IMG/VR virus record: IMGVR_UViG_3300045988_018861
Length of the DNA stretch: 35,795 bases
Reading direction: 5' to 3' (one strand)
DNA from: a virus
The notes under the pieces were generated by a model. It was not told the origin of the DNA. It ran no database searches and saw only the letters and a list, made by a program, of their open reading frames with translations. Position numbers and translations under genes: made by a program. Below, in pieces: positions 6,099-14,632 of this stretch; positions within the stretch are counted from its first letter, which is position 1, and the number at the start of each line of letters is the position of its first letter.

Positions 6099-6829
6099 TT
6101 GTAAAAGTTATTCCGAGCAAGGTTGCCGTTCCGTTTGTGAAAACGCACCATTATAGTGGCAAGGTTGTGAATAACAGCAATTTGCATTTCGGCGTGTTTT
6201 ACGAAGGCAGACTTCACGGCGTCATGTCCTTTGGCCCGTCTTTGGATAAGTCAAAAATACAGGGGCTTGTTGAGGGAACCGGGTGGAACGAATTCATCGA
6301 ATTGAACCGTATGGCGTTTGATGATGTGCTGCCGCGTAATAGTGAGAGCCGGGCGATTGCGATTGCGATGAAGCTAATCAGAAAAAACGCGCCTCAAATC
6401 AAATGGGTCATTTCGTTTGCTGATGGTTGCCAATGCGGTGACGGAACAATCTACCGCGCAAGTGGGTTTATCTTGACGGGTTATTCAAGCGGCTCAATGT
6501 GGAAGCTTCCTGATTACCTCGTGAAAATAAACGGCGGGGACGTTGCCCACAGAATGAAAGTGCAAAACAAACGCAGTGCTTTGTCAAGGTATATTCTCCA
6601 AGAAACGCATGGTAAAAACTTAACGATGGAAAAGTGCGTTGAGAAGTTTGGCGGGGAAATTCTTGATGGGAAGATGTTTCGGTATATCTATTTTATCGAT
6701 TCAACATATAGGGATCGGCTTCTCGTTCCGATCATTCCATTTTCCAAAATCGATGAAATGGGCGCTGGAATGTATAAGGGGAAAAAGGTAACGCAAGCTG
6801 AAAGGCATAATAAAAAGCAACCCGAATAA
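6077..6829 (+). CDS. Mom-family-like (GNAT-fold) putative DNA adenine modification protein
   Basis: PFVKTHHYSGK...HFGVFYEG...ELNRMAF...NSESRAIA...ISFADGCQCGDGTIYRASGFILTG...FRYIYF. This pattern matches what I recall of Mom-like acyltransferase-fold proteins. Overlaps the ParB-like gene by 22 nt. Confidence 0.55.
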   Translation: MGSAKELIVKVIPSKVAVPFVKTHHYSGKVVNNSNLHFGVFYEGRLHGVMSFGPSLDKSKIQGLVEGTGWNEFIELNRMAFDDVLPRNSESRAIAIAMKLIRKNAPQIKWVISFADGCQCGDGTIYRASGFILTGYSSGSMWKLPDYLVKINGGDVAHRMKVQNKRSALSRYILQETHGKNLTMEKCVEKFGGEILDGKMFRYIYFIDSTYRDRLLVPIIPFSKIDEMGAGMYKGKKVTQAERHNKKQPE

Positions 6830-6843
6830 ACGAGTTGCTTCAA

Positions 6844-6917
6844 TGGAGCGGAGGGGTCGGAATTGAACCGCCTATTCCATACGGATGTATGGTGTTTTAA
6901 CAATAGACTACCTCCGC
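6844..6917 (-). tRNA. tRNA-like element with a non-canonical anticodon arm (no assignable anticodon)
   Basis: On the minus strand: 7-bp acceptor stem GCGGAGG/CCTCCGC, T-arm GGCGG-TTCAATT-CCGAC (one mismatch), encoded discriminator + CCA. The anticodon arm is CCATA(C)-ATCC-(G)TATGG (6-nt or 4-nt loop). The D stem is weak, and there is one extra C between the T stem and the acceptor stem. Confidence 0.45.
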
Positions 6918-6984
6918 ATATTTTGGTATTATTATAGCAACTAAAAAATGGTTTGTCAATATATTAAAAAGCGAAGTGAGATAA

Positions 6985-7335
6985 ATGGCGAATGAGCAGA
7001 ATTTAAGGCCGTGTGAGCATAAATTTACCCAAGAAGAAGCCAAGAAAGGCGGCGTTGCATCCAGAGAGGCTCGACGCAAAAAAAAATTGCTACGAGAATG
7101 TCTGCAAGAGCTGATGCAGATGGAATATAGCACTTCGCAAGGGAAAAAATCCGGTTCTGAAATGCTGTCGGCAATGCTGATGAAAAAGGCGATGAGTGGA
7201 GACATCAAGGCGTTTGAAGTCCTGCGAGACACGGCGGGGGAAAAGCCGGTTGATAAAGTCATGTTTGCAGATGTGGACAAAAGCGTGATTGACGAAGTGG
7301 AGAAGATGGTAAATGACACGGGAGCAAGCGGTTAA
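6985..7335 (+). CDS. terS: Terminase small subunit
   Basis: Position immediately upstream of TerL. N-terminal basic segment NLRPCEHKFTQEEAKKGGVASREARRKKK is typical of small terminases. Confidence 0.65.
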   Translation: MANEQNLRPCEHKFTQEEAKKGGVASREARRKKKLLRECLQELMQMEYSTSQGKKSGSEMLSAMLMKKAMSGDIKAFEVLRDTAGEKPVDKVMFADVDKSVIDEVEKMVNDTGASG

Positions 7336-8581
7336 TTTTCTGCTGGAAAAACCTTATCTTTTCGCGCATATGCTTGGGTTTACGAAGCTGACCGAGCTGC
7401 ATAACGGCTGGATTATCGACATGGTGCGTGGCAAAGAAGATAAGACACTGCAAGCACACCGTGGTAGCTATAAAACGACCTGCGTGTCCATCGCGCTGGC
7501 TATCATCATCATTCTAATGCCGCGCAAAAAGACGTTATTCATGCGAAAAACCGACACGGACGTGAAGGAGGTTATCAAGCAGGTTCAAAAAATTTTGCTT
7601 GACCCCCACACGCTTTATTTCGTGCAGGTGATTTATGGCACGCCACTCCGGTTGACCGTTTCTTCCGCGACAGAGATCAACACAAACCTTGCGACAGACA
7701 TCAAGGGCACATCCCAGCTTGTCGGTATTGGTACGCAAGCTAGCTTGACTGGCAAACACTTTGATTGCGTTTTTACGGATGATATTGTCAACGTTAACGA
7801 CCGCATTTCTCGCGCGGAGCGAGACCGGACGAAACTGGTGTATCAAGAATTGCAAAACATCCGAAACCGAGGCGGAAGAATCTATAACACGGGAACTCCG
7901 TGGAGTAAAGACGATGCTTTTACTTTGATGCCTAACATCGAGCGCTTTGATTGCTATCAAACCGGGCTTATCCCGCCGGAAGATTTGGAGCAAATTAAGG
8001 CAAGCATGACCGCGTCTCTGTTCGCCGCGAACTACGAATTACGTCATGTAGCAGAAGAGGACGTTATTTTTTCCAACCCGCGCACAGATTGTGACACAGC
8101 GCTGGTTGAACAGGGCGATTGCCATATCGACGCTGCATATGGCGGCGAAGATTATACCGCATTTACCATCGTGTCAAAGCGCAATGGCAATTACTATTTT
8201 TACGGGCGCTTGTGGCGTAAACACGTAGATGACTGCCTCGACGAGATACAGGGCTTGCGCAAGCGCTTCAATGCTGGTAGAATTTACTGCGAGGACAACG
8301 GCGATAAAGGATATTTGGCGAAAGAACTGCGCAAGCGTGGTGAACGTGCTGTTACCTACCACGAGAATATGAACAAGTTTTTGAAAATCACATCGTATCT
8401 GAAAGCTGAATGGAACAACGTTTATTTCGTCAGCGGGACTGATAAAGAATTTATCGACCAAATTTGCGATTACAACGAAAACGCTGAACACGATGATGCA
8501 CCGGATAGCGTGGCAAGCCAGGTGCGGCGGCTGTGGAGGAAAAACAGCACGGTAGAAAAATATCAATCCATTTTGAGTTAA
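7313..8581 (+). CDS. terL: Terminase large subunit
   Basis: Walker A-like HRGSYKTT, Walker B-like DCVFTDD, nuclease-domain acidic motifs DAAYGGEDYTAF and HDDAPDS. Confidence 0.9.
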   Translation: MTREQAVNFLLEKPYLFAHMLGFTKLTELHNGWIIDMVRGKEDKTLQAHRGSYKTTCVSIALAIIIILMPRKKTLFMRKTDTDVKEVIKQVQKILLDPHTLYFVQVIYGTPLRLTVSSATEINTNLATDIKGTSQLVGIGTQASLTGKHFDCVFTDDIVNVNDRISRAERDRTKLVYQELQNIRNRGGRIYNTGTPWSKDDAFTLMPNIERFDCYQTGLIPPEDLEQIKASMTASLFAANYELRHVAEEDVIFSNPRTDCDTALVEQGDCHIDAAYGGEDYTAFTIVSKRNGNYYFYGRLWRKHVDDCLDEIQGLRKRFNAGRIYCEDNGDKGYLAKELRKRGERAVTYHENMNKFLKITSYLKAEWNNVYFVSGTDKEFIDQICDYNENAEHDDAPDSVASQVRRLWRKNSTVEKYQSILS

Positions 8582-8585
8582 CGGG

Positions 8586-10019
8586 GTGGTAAACATAAAG
8601 ACGTATCAGGACTTGACCGCGCTCGGCGATAATGAAGCGGCGCGGATGGGTTTCATTCTGGCGGCGATCGGGGAGCACAAAAGCAGCTTTGCGTATAAAA
8701 CTGCATCGCTGGCGGAGCAGTACTATCGCGGATTGAACCCAAAAATCATGCATTATCAGAAAGTGCTTTATGATCTTCGTGGTAAGGCACACGCGGACGC
8801 ATGGAGCGCGAACCACAAGATCGCATCAAACTTTTTTAATTTCGCAGTAACACAGGAAAACCAGTATCTTCTTGGCAATGGCGCGATGTTCGGCAAGGAC
8901 GATACGAAACAGCGGCTTTCCGGCGGCGATAAAGAAATGCATAGCAATCGCTATGAATTTGATAGTCAGTTGCAAAAGGCCGGTAAAGAGGCGCTTATCG
9001 GCGGCGTATCTTTCGGCTTTTGGAATTATGACCATTTGGATGTGTTCTCGCTGACAGAATTTGTGCCGCTGTATGACGAAATGGACGGCGCGTTGAAAGC
9101 TGGCATCCGCTGGTGGCAGGTGGCGGAAGATAAGCCGCTCAGAGCGACACTGTATGAAATCGATGGATACACGGATTACGTCGCGCAGAATGGAGCGGAA
9201 ATCAAATCCGCCGATGATGGTGGGAAGCGGCCTTATATCATTAAACGTCGTGGAGATGCGAAGGACGCTGCGGACAACACCGAAGTGTTTGAAGGCGATA
9301 ATTATCCGGCGTTCCCGATTGTCCCGCTTTATGGTAACGACAAAAAGCAGTCAGAGCTTGTTGGACGGCAGGGAACGCTTGATGCCTTTGACCTGCTGAA
9401 TAGTAACCTTGTCAACAATGTGGACGAGGGAAATTACATTTACTGGGCAATCACAAACTGCGGTGGCATGGACGATGAGGACGATCAAAAATTCATCGAG
9501 CGCATGAAAACCGTCCATGTTGCCCACGTTGATGGTGACGGTAGTGGTGGAGCAAAGGTCGAAGCACACACGGTTGAAACACCGTTTCAGGCTTCCGACA
9601 CGGCGATTTCCACAATCAAAACAAGGTTGTACGAAGATTTTCAGTGCCTGAACGTTGCCGATTTGTCAGCCGCGGCAAAAACGGCAACTGAAATTCGCGC
9701 AGCTTATCAGCCGCTTGATAGCAAGGCGGATATGTACGAATATTGCGTGATTGATTTCGTGCAAAAAATTCTTGCGATCGCGGGGATTGAAGACGAAGTG
9801 AGTTTCAAGCGTTCGAAAATTATCAATCAAAGCGAAGAAATCAACATGATTTTGTCAGCGGCCGAATATCTCGATGATGAAACTGTGACGGAGCAGCTTT
9901 GCTTTATTCTCGGCCTCGGAGAGCAGGCCGACGAGATTATCAAGCGTAAGAGGAACGAGGAAACCGAGAGATTTGAACCGGAAAGCGAAGACGAGGTGAG
10001 CGTTAATGGCGACAATTAA
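8586..10019 (+). CDS. Portal protein
   Basis: 477 aa, directly after TerL; acidic C-terminus. The GTG start is uncertain. Confidence 0.8.
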   Translation: MVNIKTYQDLTALGDNEAARMGFILAAIGEHKSSFAYKTASLAEQYYRGLNPKIMHYQKVLYDLRGKAHADAWSANHKIASNFFNFAVTQENQYLLGNGAMFGKDDTKQRLSGGDKEMHSNRYEFDSQLQKAGKEALIGGVSFGFWNYDHLDVFSLTEFVPLYDEMDGALKAGIRWWQVAEDKPLRATLYEIDGYTDYVAQNGAEIKSADDGGKRPYIIKRRGDAKDAADNTEVFEGDNYPAFPIVPLYGNDKKQSELVGRQGTLDAFDLLNSNLVNNVDEGNYIYWAITNCGGMDDEDDQKFIERMKTVHVAHVDGDGSGGAKVEAHTVETPFQASDTAISTIKTRLYEDFQCLNVADLSAAAKTATEIRAAYQPLDSKADMYEYCVIDFVQKILAIAGIEDEVSFKRSKIINQSEEINMILSAAEYLDDETVTEQLCFILGLGEQADEIIKRKRNEETERFEPESEDEVSVNGDN

Positions 10020-10665
10020 AATCGCGGACGGACGTGGAGAACTGTATCAGTGGGACACTGGCAGAAAAGTCGTAATCGACGATGAAAGCATCAAGCAGGT
10101 GCATTATCAAAACCGTTTTTATGGGCGCACGATTGACGTTGATGTGTCTGACGGTTTTGCAATTATCCCAGATCAGCTTTTGCAATCATTCGCGCCGCTG
10201 GTTGTTTTTGCGTGGGCTGGAAGTGCCGAAGACGGTTACACCAAAATCGAAAAGGCTTTTAAGGTACACAAGCGAAACAAACCAGCCGACTATGTGTTTA
10301 CACCTGTAGACCAGAAGACTTTGGACGACCTGCAAAAACAGATTGGTGACATTGCCGACCTGACGACGGAGGCGAAGGAAAATCTTGTCGCGGCCATCAA
10401 CGAAGCTGCCGCAAGTGGCGGCGCTGGCAGCATGGACTTGCGCGTGGCGGACGGCTATATCCAGTACAGCACGGACAGCGGCATGACGTGGCAAAATCTC
10501 ATTGCCGTGGCAGACCTTAAGGGCGCGGTCGGCCCGCAAGGCCCTGCCGGTGCACCCGGCAAGACACCTGTCAGAGGCACGGACTATTGGACGGCAGCTG
10601 ATAAGCAGGAGATTGTCAACAGCGTCATAGCCGCCCTGCCTGATGGCACGGAGGTGAGCTACTGA
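10006..10665 (+). CDS. Fibre-like protein with a short collagen-like segment
   Basis: ...DLTTEAKENLVAAINEAA... and GPQGPAGAPGKTP (Gly-X-Y). Unusual position between the portal and minor head genes. Confidence 0.55.
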   Translation: MATIKIADGRGELYQWDTGRKVVIDDESIKQVHYQNRFYGRTIDVDVSDGFAIIPDQLLQSFAPLVVFAWAGSAEDGYTKIEKAFKVHKRNKPADYVFTPVDQKTLDDLQKQIGDIADLTTEAKENLVAAINEAAASGGAGSMDLRVADGYIQYSTDSGMTWQNLIAVADLKGAVGPQGPAGAPGKTPVRGTDYWTAADKQEIVNSVIAALPDGTEVSY

Positions 10666-10666
10666 G

Positions 10667-12586
10667 ATGAAAAAGCTCTACGAAGAAACCGCCGTACAGG
10701 ACATTGCAGCAGCTATCCGCGAGAAAAATGGCACTGCAACGAAATACAAAGTCGCGGAGATGGGCGATGCGGTGCGCGGCATCACTGGCGCGGAGGAGGT
10801 TGCGTGGCATCAGTGCCCGGAGGCGGTGCGCAATTATCTGAGCAGTGTGACCTATGATCCCGGCGATTACAGCACATCTCAAATTGCCAGTTATGCCCCC
10901 GCGACAGCAGTGGTGAGCAATTACAAGCCCATCGGGCAGACGGTTGGCGGCGTTACGTACTACAACGAAGTGCCAAATGTGCTCACGCCATTTGCCTCTG
11001 GCGGGAAAGCGGGCACGCTCAAACCGCTGGATGCACTGCGGTGGATTCGCACGCGGGACGGCTCCGCAGAAGCGTGGAACGTGCGCGACCTTGGCGGATG
11101 GGCCTGCGACGGCGGCACGGTGAAATATGGTCTGCTGATTCGCGGCGGGCGTATCTCTGCCGCAGATCGGGCGGTACTGGTCGGCCAGTTCGGTGTGCAG
11201 CATGAAATCGACCTTAGAGGCAAAGAGGGGCGCGACCCGTCCGACGGTGATGTCGCAACAGAATCCCCCCTTGGTAGCGATGTGTGGTTTACGATTGCTG
11301 ACAAGGCAGCGTCCTACGCGCTGACGCCGGTTGCGACGTGGCAGCTCTATCTTCGCTGCGTAATTGACGCAGTTACGCACCGTGAACCCGTATACTTTCA
11401 CTGCACGGCGGGGGCAGACCGCACTGCAACTCTCGCGTGTGTGCTGGAGGGGTTGCTCGGTATGTCCCAATCCGATATCGACAAAGACTATGAATTGACG
11501 TGTTTTTACTCTGGCACTGAAACGGACGCACTTGCACGCCGTCGCAATGAACCAGAATGGAAAAGGCTTATTAACGAAATCAATGCTGTTTCAGGCAGTA
11601 CGTTCCGTGACAAATGTGTACACTTTGCTGTCGAAACTTGCGGAATGTCAATGTCCGATATCAACGCTTTCCGGGTGGCTATGACCGACGGAACGCCGGA
11701 GATGCTGCACTGGTATCAGCCAATCACCAAAAATCTCACAGGCTGCTCTATCAGCAACCCTGCAACTCAGATAGAATATGGTGAGGCGTACACCGCTGTT
11801 CTAGCGGCAGATAGCGGAAAGACGATCACGTCGGTAGTGATCAAAATGGGGGGCGTGGATATCACGGCCACTGCTTACTCGGCTGGCAGCGGTGCAGTCA
11901 ACATCGCCAAGGTTACTGGCGCAATTATGATTACTGCTGCGGCATCTGTTCCCACTGTGACTTACAACATCACGCGCAATCTCACAAACTGTTCATCTTC
12001 TAACACTGCCGACAACATTGCAGAGGGCGCGGCCTATACCACGACGCTCGCCCCGACGGGAACTTTCAAGAAGCTCGGCGCAATCACAGTAACAATGGGT
12101 GGAACGGACATATCCACTTCGGCAGTATCTGGGAACACAATCACAATCGCCAACGTAACTGGCAACATTGGGATTACCTGCGCGGCGGTCATCACAAACA
12201 TCATCGACACCATCGGAATCTCTGCGAACACGCGGCTGAGCACATCGAGCGGCACGAACAAAGAGCAGGTAGGATGGGCGACAATCGGCGCAAATATGGA
12301 TGTGCCGAGCCTGATTCACTTGAAAGCAGGAGACACGCTCCGCATCAAGGGCGCGAGCCTCCCCACTGAGAATGATTGGAAAAGCGCGGCGGCAGAGTAC
12401 AGCGCAACGGCAACGTTGGTATCTACGAGCTACATATACAACGGTCATACATGGAATAGTCTTAATTTCAACAGCGATGGGGACATCGTCACGATAACAG
12501 CGCCCGGCGAGCATTACATCCGCGTAAGTCTGATCTGCACGGACGCGACGGCAGTTATCGCTACCATTAACGAACCGATCACGTAA
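10667..12586 (+). CDS. Multidomain fibre/receptor-binding-like protein carrying a protein-tyrosine-phosphatase-like (CX5R) domain, two Ig-like repeats and a C-terminal beta-sandwich-like domain
   Basis: AWNVRDLGGW...LIRGG...HEIDLRGKE...YFHCTAGADRTAT (HCTAGADRT at 11399-11425). Two ~75-aa repeats: ITKNLTGCSISNP... and ITRNLTNCSSSNT... Confidence 0.7.
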   Translation: MKKLYEETAVQDIAAAIREKNGTATKYKVAEMGDAVRGITGAEEVAWHQCPEAVRNYLSSVTYDPGDYSTSQIASYAPATAVVSNYKPIGQTVGGVTYYNEVPNVLTPFASGGKAGTLKPLDALRWIRTRDGSAEAWNVRDLGGWACDGGTVKYGLLIRGGRISAADRAVLVGQFGVQHEIDLRGKEGRDPSDGDVATESPLGSDVWFTIADKAASYALTPVATWQLYLRCVIDAVTHREPVYFHCTAGADRTATLACVLEGLLGMSQSDIDKDYELTCFYSGTETDALARRRNEPEWKRLINEINAVSGSTFRDKCVHFAVETCGMSMSDINAFRVAMTDGTPEMLHWYQPITKNLTGCSISNPATQIEYGEAYTAVLAADSGKTITSVVIKMGGVDITATAYSAGSGAVNIAKVTGAIMITAAASVPTVTYNITRNLTNCSSSNTADNIAEGAAYTTTLAPTGTFKKLGAITVTMGGTDISTSAVSGNTITIANVTGNIGITCAAVITNIIDTIGISANTRLSTSSGTNKEQVGWATIGANMDVPSLIHLKAGDTLRIKGASLPTENDWKSAAAEYSATATLVSTSYIYNGHTWNSLNFNSDGDIVTITAPGEHYIRVSLICTDATAVIATINEPIT

Positions 12587-12599
12587 AAGGAGGCACAAG

Positions 12600-12659
12600 A
12601 TGGAATTTATTGCTTGCAGCACGGACAATTACCGCGCCGGGCGCACGCAGCCGCGCTGA
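12600..12659 (+). pseudogene. Truncated copy of the 5' end of the endolysin (amidase) gene
   Basis: MEFIACSTDNYRAGRTQPR stop, compared with the endolysin start MEFIACNSDNYRSGRTRPVQ at 22711. Most positions match by eye over about 55 nt. AGGAGG RBS is retained. Confidence 0.7.
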
Positions 12660-12707
12660 AACATTGATACATATATACACTGACGAAGATGAATGGGCGT
12701 GAAATAA

Positions 12708-13625
12708 ATGCCAGATTACGCGCATAGGAAAACGGATAAACAGCTAGATGCCATGGAGCGCAAGCTCCGTGGTATCTACTCGCGCGCACACGTCGAAGTG
12801 CAAAAGTCTTGGAATAAATATATGTTGGAATCAGCCAAAAAAATCAAGTCTTTGCAAGACGCGTATGATTCTGCTAAAAAATCCGGGGATAGAGACGCGA
12901 TAAAAAAAGCTGGCAAAGAGCTTGCGTCCGCGCAACGAGAGCAAACGCTGATGAACGATCACTATAAACGCATGGTAGAGCGCACGGCGCAAGAACTTTC
13001 GCAAGTAAATGAAATGGCTATTGCTTACATAAACGGAGAATTGCCAAAAACTTACGCAACAAATTATAATTTTTTTGGCAATCAGATCTCGCGAGAAGTG
13101 CCGAAATATACGTTTGAACTTGTGGACGCTGGAACGGTTGCGAATCTTATCAAATCCGATAAATCCCTTTTGCCGACGAGAAAATTGGATGTCGCTAAAG
13201 ACAAGCGATGGAATACCAAAAAAATGAATTCCGAGGTGCTACAAGGGATTTTGCAGGGCGAAAGTATGCCGGAGATTGCCGAGCGGCTGCAAAAAGTTGA
13301 GCGCATGAATGCCGAATCCGCTATCAGAAACGCAAGAACGATGGTAACTGGCGCGGAGAATAAAGGCAGAATGGATATGCTATACCGCGCGCGTGACGCT
13401 GGAATTGATGTAAAAAGGAGATGGATTGCAACAAAAGATAACCGAACGCGTGATTGGCACGCAGAGCTTGATGGCGTTCTGAAAGATTTAGACGAGCCGT
13501 TTGTAAATTCCGTTGGTGAAATCATGTACCCTGGCGACCCCGGCGCAAGCGGTGCAAATGTATATAACTGCCGTTGCAGTCTGGGATATGAAATTATTGG
13601 CTTTAGAAAGGTTGGTAGACGATGA
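12708..13625 (+). CDS. Head morphogenesis / minor capsid protein (SPP1 gp7-like)
   Basis: ...NRTRDWHAELDG...PGDPGASGANVYNCRCSL... is the characteristic C-terminal motif. Confidence 0.8.
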   Translation: MPDYAHRKTDKQLDAMERKLRGIYSRAHVEVQKSWNKYMLESAKKIKSLQDAYDSAKKSGDRDAIKKAGKELASAQREQTLMNDHYKRMVERTAQELSQVNEMAIAYINGELPKTYATNYNFFGNQISREVPKYTFELVDAGTVANLIKSDKSLLPTRKLDVAKDKRWNTKKMNSEVLQGILQGESMPEIAERLQKVERMNAESAIRNARTMVTGAENKGRMDMLYRARDAGIDVKRRWIATKDNRTRDWHAELDGVLKDLDEPFVNSVGEIMYPGDPGASGANVYNCRCSLGYEIIGFRKVGRR

Positions 13626-13951
13626 GCAGCGTTATTTTTGAGGACAACGGCGAAGAGGTACTTGCCGCCATGAAAAGGGCGCTCGTTCGTGGATTAGAAG
13701 CGATCGGCATGAAGGCGGAAACGTATGCGAAAGACAACACACCTGTCAGAACCGGCCGCCTTCGGAACAGCATGACACACGCCGTCGATAATGACGAACC
13801 CGCCGCTTACGTTGGTACAAATGTAAATTATGGGATTTTTGTCGAGAACGGAACGCAAAAGCAAAAAGCGAATCATATGCTTAAGCGAGCCGCGACAGAG
13901 CATGGAGACGAATACAAACGTCTGCTTGAAGAAAGCATGAAAAACGCCTGA
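13622..13951 (+). CDS. HK97 gp10-like protein
   Basis: ...AKDNTPVRTGRLRNSM...NVNYGIFVENGT... Confidence 0.6.
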   Translation: MSSVIFEDNGEEVLAAMKRALVRGLEAIGMKAETYAKDNTPVRTGRLRNSMTHAVDNDEPAAYVGTNVNYGIFVENGTQKQKANHMLKRAATEHGDEYKRLLEESMKNA

Positions 13952-14055
13952 CAGCTACCATTTGACAAAAAATATTGCAGGCTGTATAATGAAATAAACA
14001 AACAGTAATTTAACGGCAGTGCAATGCCGCCGAAGTACATGGAGGTTACTGCGAA

Positions 14056-14625
14056 ATGAGTTTGACGAGAAAAATGCTCAAGGCAATGGGCATTGAAGAC
14101 GAAAAAATTGACCAGATTATTGAAGCGCATACAGAAACTGTTGACGCGCTAAAGGAACAGCGCGACGGCTATAAAGCTGATGCTGATAAGCTGCCTGAAA
14201 TCCAGAAAAAACTTGGAGAAACCGAAAAGCAGCTTGAAGCAAACGGAAAAGATGGCTATAAGGTGAAGTATGATGCGCTGAAAGAAGATTTTGAAAATTA
14301 TAAGAGCGCGCAGACCGCAAAGGAAACGCATGGCGCAAAGCTGGCGGCTTATCGCAAAATGTTGAAAGATGCGGGCATTTCTGAAAAGCGGCTTGATAGC
14401 GTGCTGAAAGTTTCGGACGTTGACGGCGTGGAGCTTGACGAGCAGGGAAATATCAAAGATTTTGACGCCCTGTCGAAAAACGTCAAGACCGAGTGGGCTG
14501 ATTTCATCGTGACTGAAACTGCTACCGGCGCAAAGGTTGATAACCCGCCCGCAAACAACGGCGCAAAGAGTACGCCAAAAACGCTGGCAGAAGCGCTGCG
14601 CGAAAAATATGATCGAAAGGAATAA
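14056..14625 (+). CDS. Scaffolding protein
   Basis: Highly charged helical 189 aa directly upstream of the capsid gene. Confidence 0.75.
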   Translation: MSLTRKMLKAMGIEDEKIDQIIEAHTETVDALKEQRDGYKADADKLPEIQKKLGETEKQLEANGKDGYKVKYDALKEDFENYKSAQTAKETHGAKLAAYRKMLKDAGISEKRLDSVLKVSDVDGVELDEQGNIKDFDALSKNVKTEWADFIVTETATGAKVDNPPANNGAKSTPKTLAEALREKYDRKE

Positions 14626-14632
14626 ATAATTT

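Noticed and set aside
7078-7086. A9 homopolymer in terS as a programmed slippage or phase-variable site
   Set aside because: It encodes the KKK of a basic N-terminal segment typical of small terminases. There is no alternative-frame ORF of meaningful length downstream. It is only worth keeping in mind as an indel-prone position in long-read assemblies.
10625-11470. Long antisense ORFs opposite well-supported genes (also 3962-4591, 4611-5159, 11993-12628, 14149-14763, 19310-19804, 29540-30232, 35248-35613, 1444-2190)
   Set aside because: They are shadow ORFs of GC-rich coding sequence. They have no RBS, Arg/Ala/Pro/Cys-rich low-complexity translations, and each is fully covered by a + strand gene with recognisable motifs.
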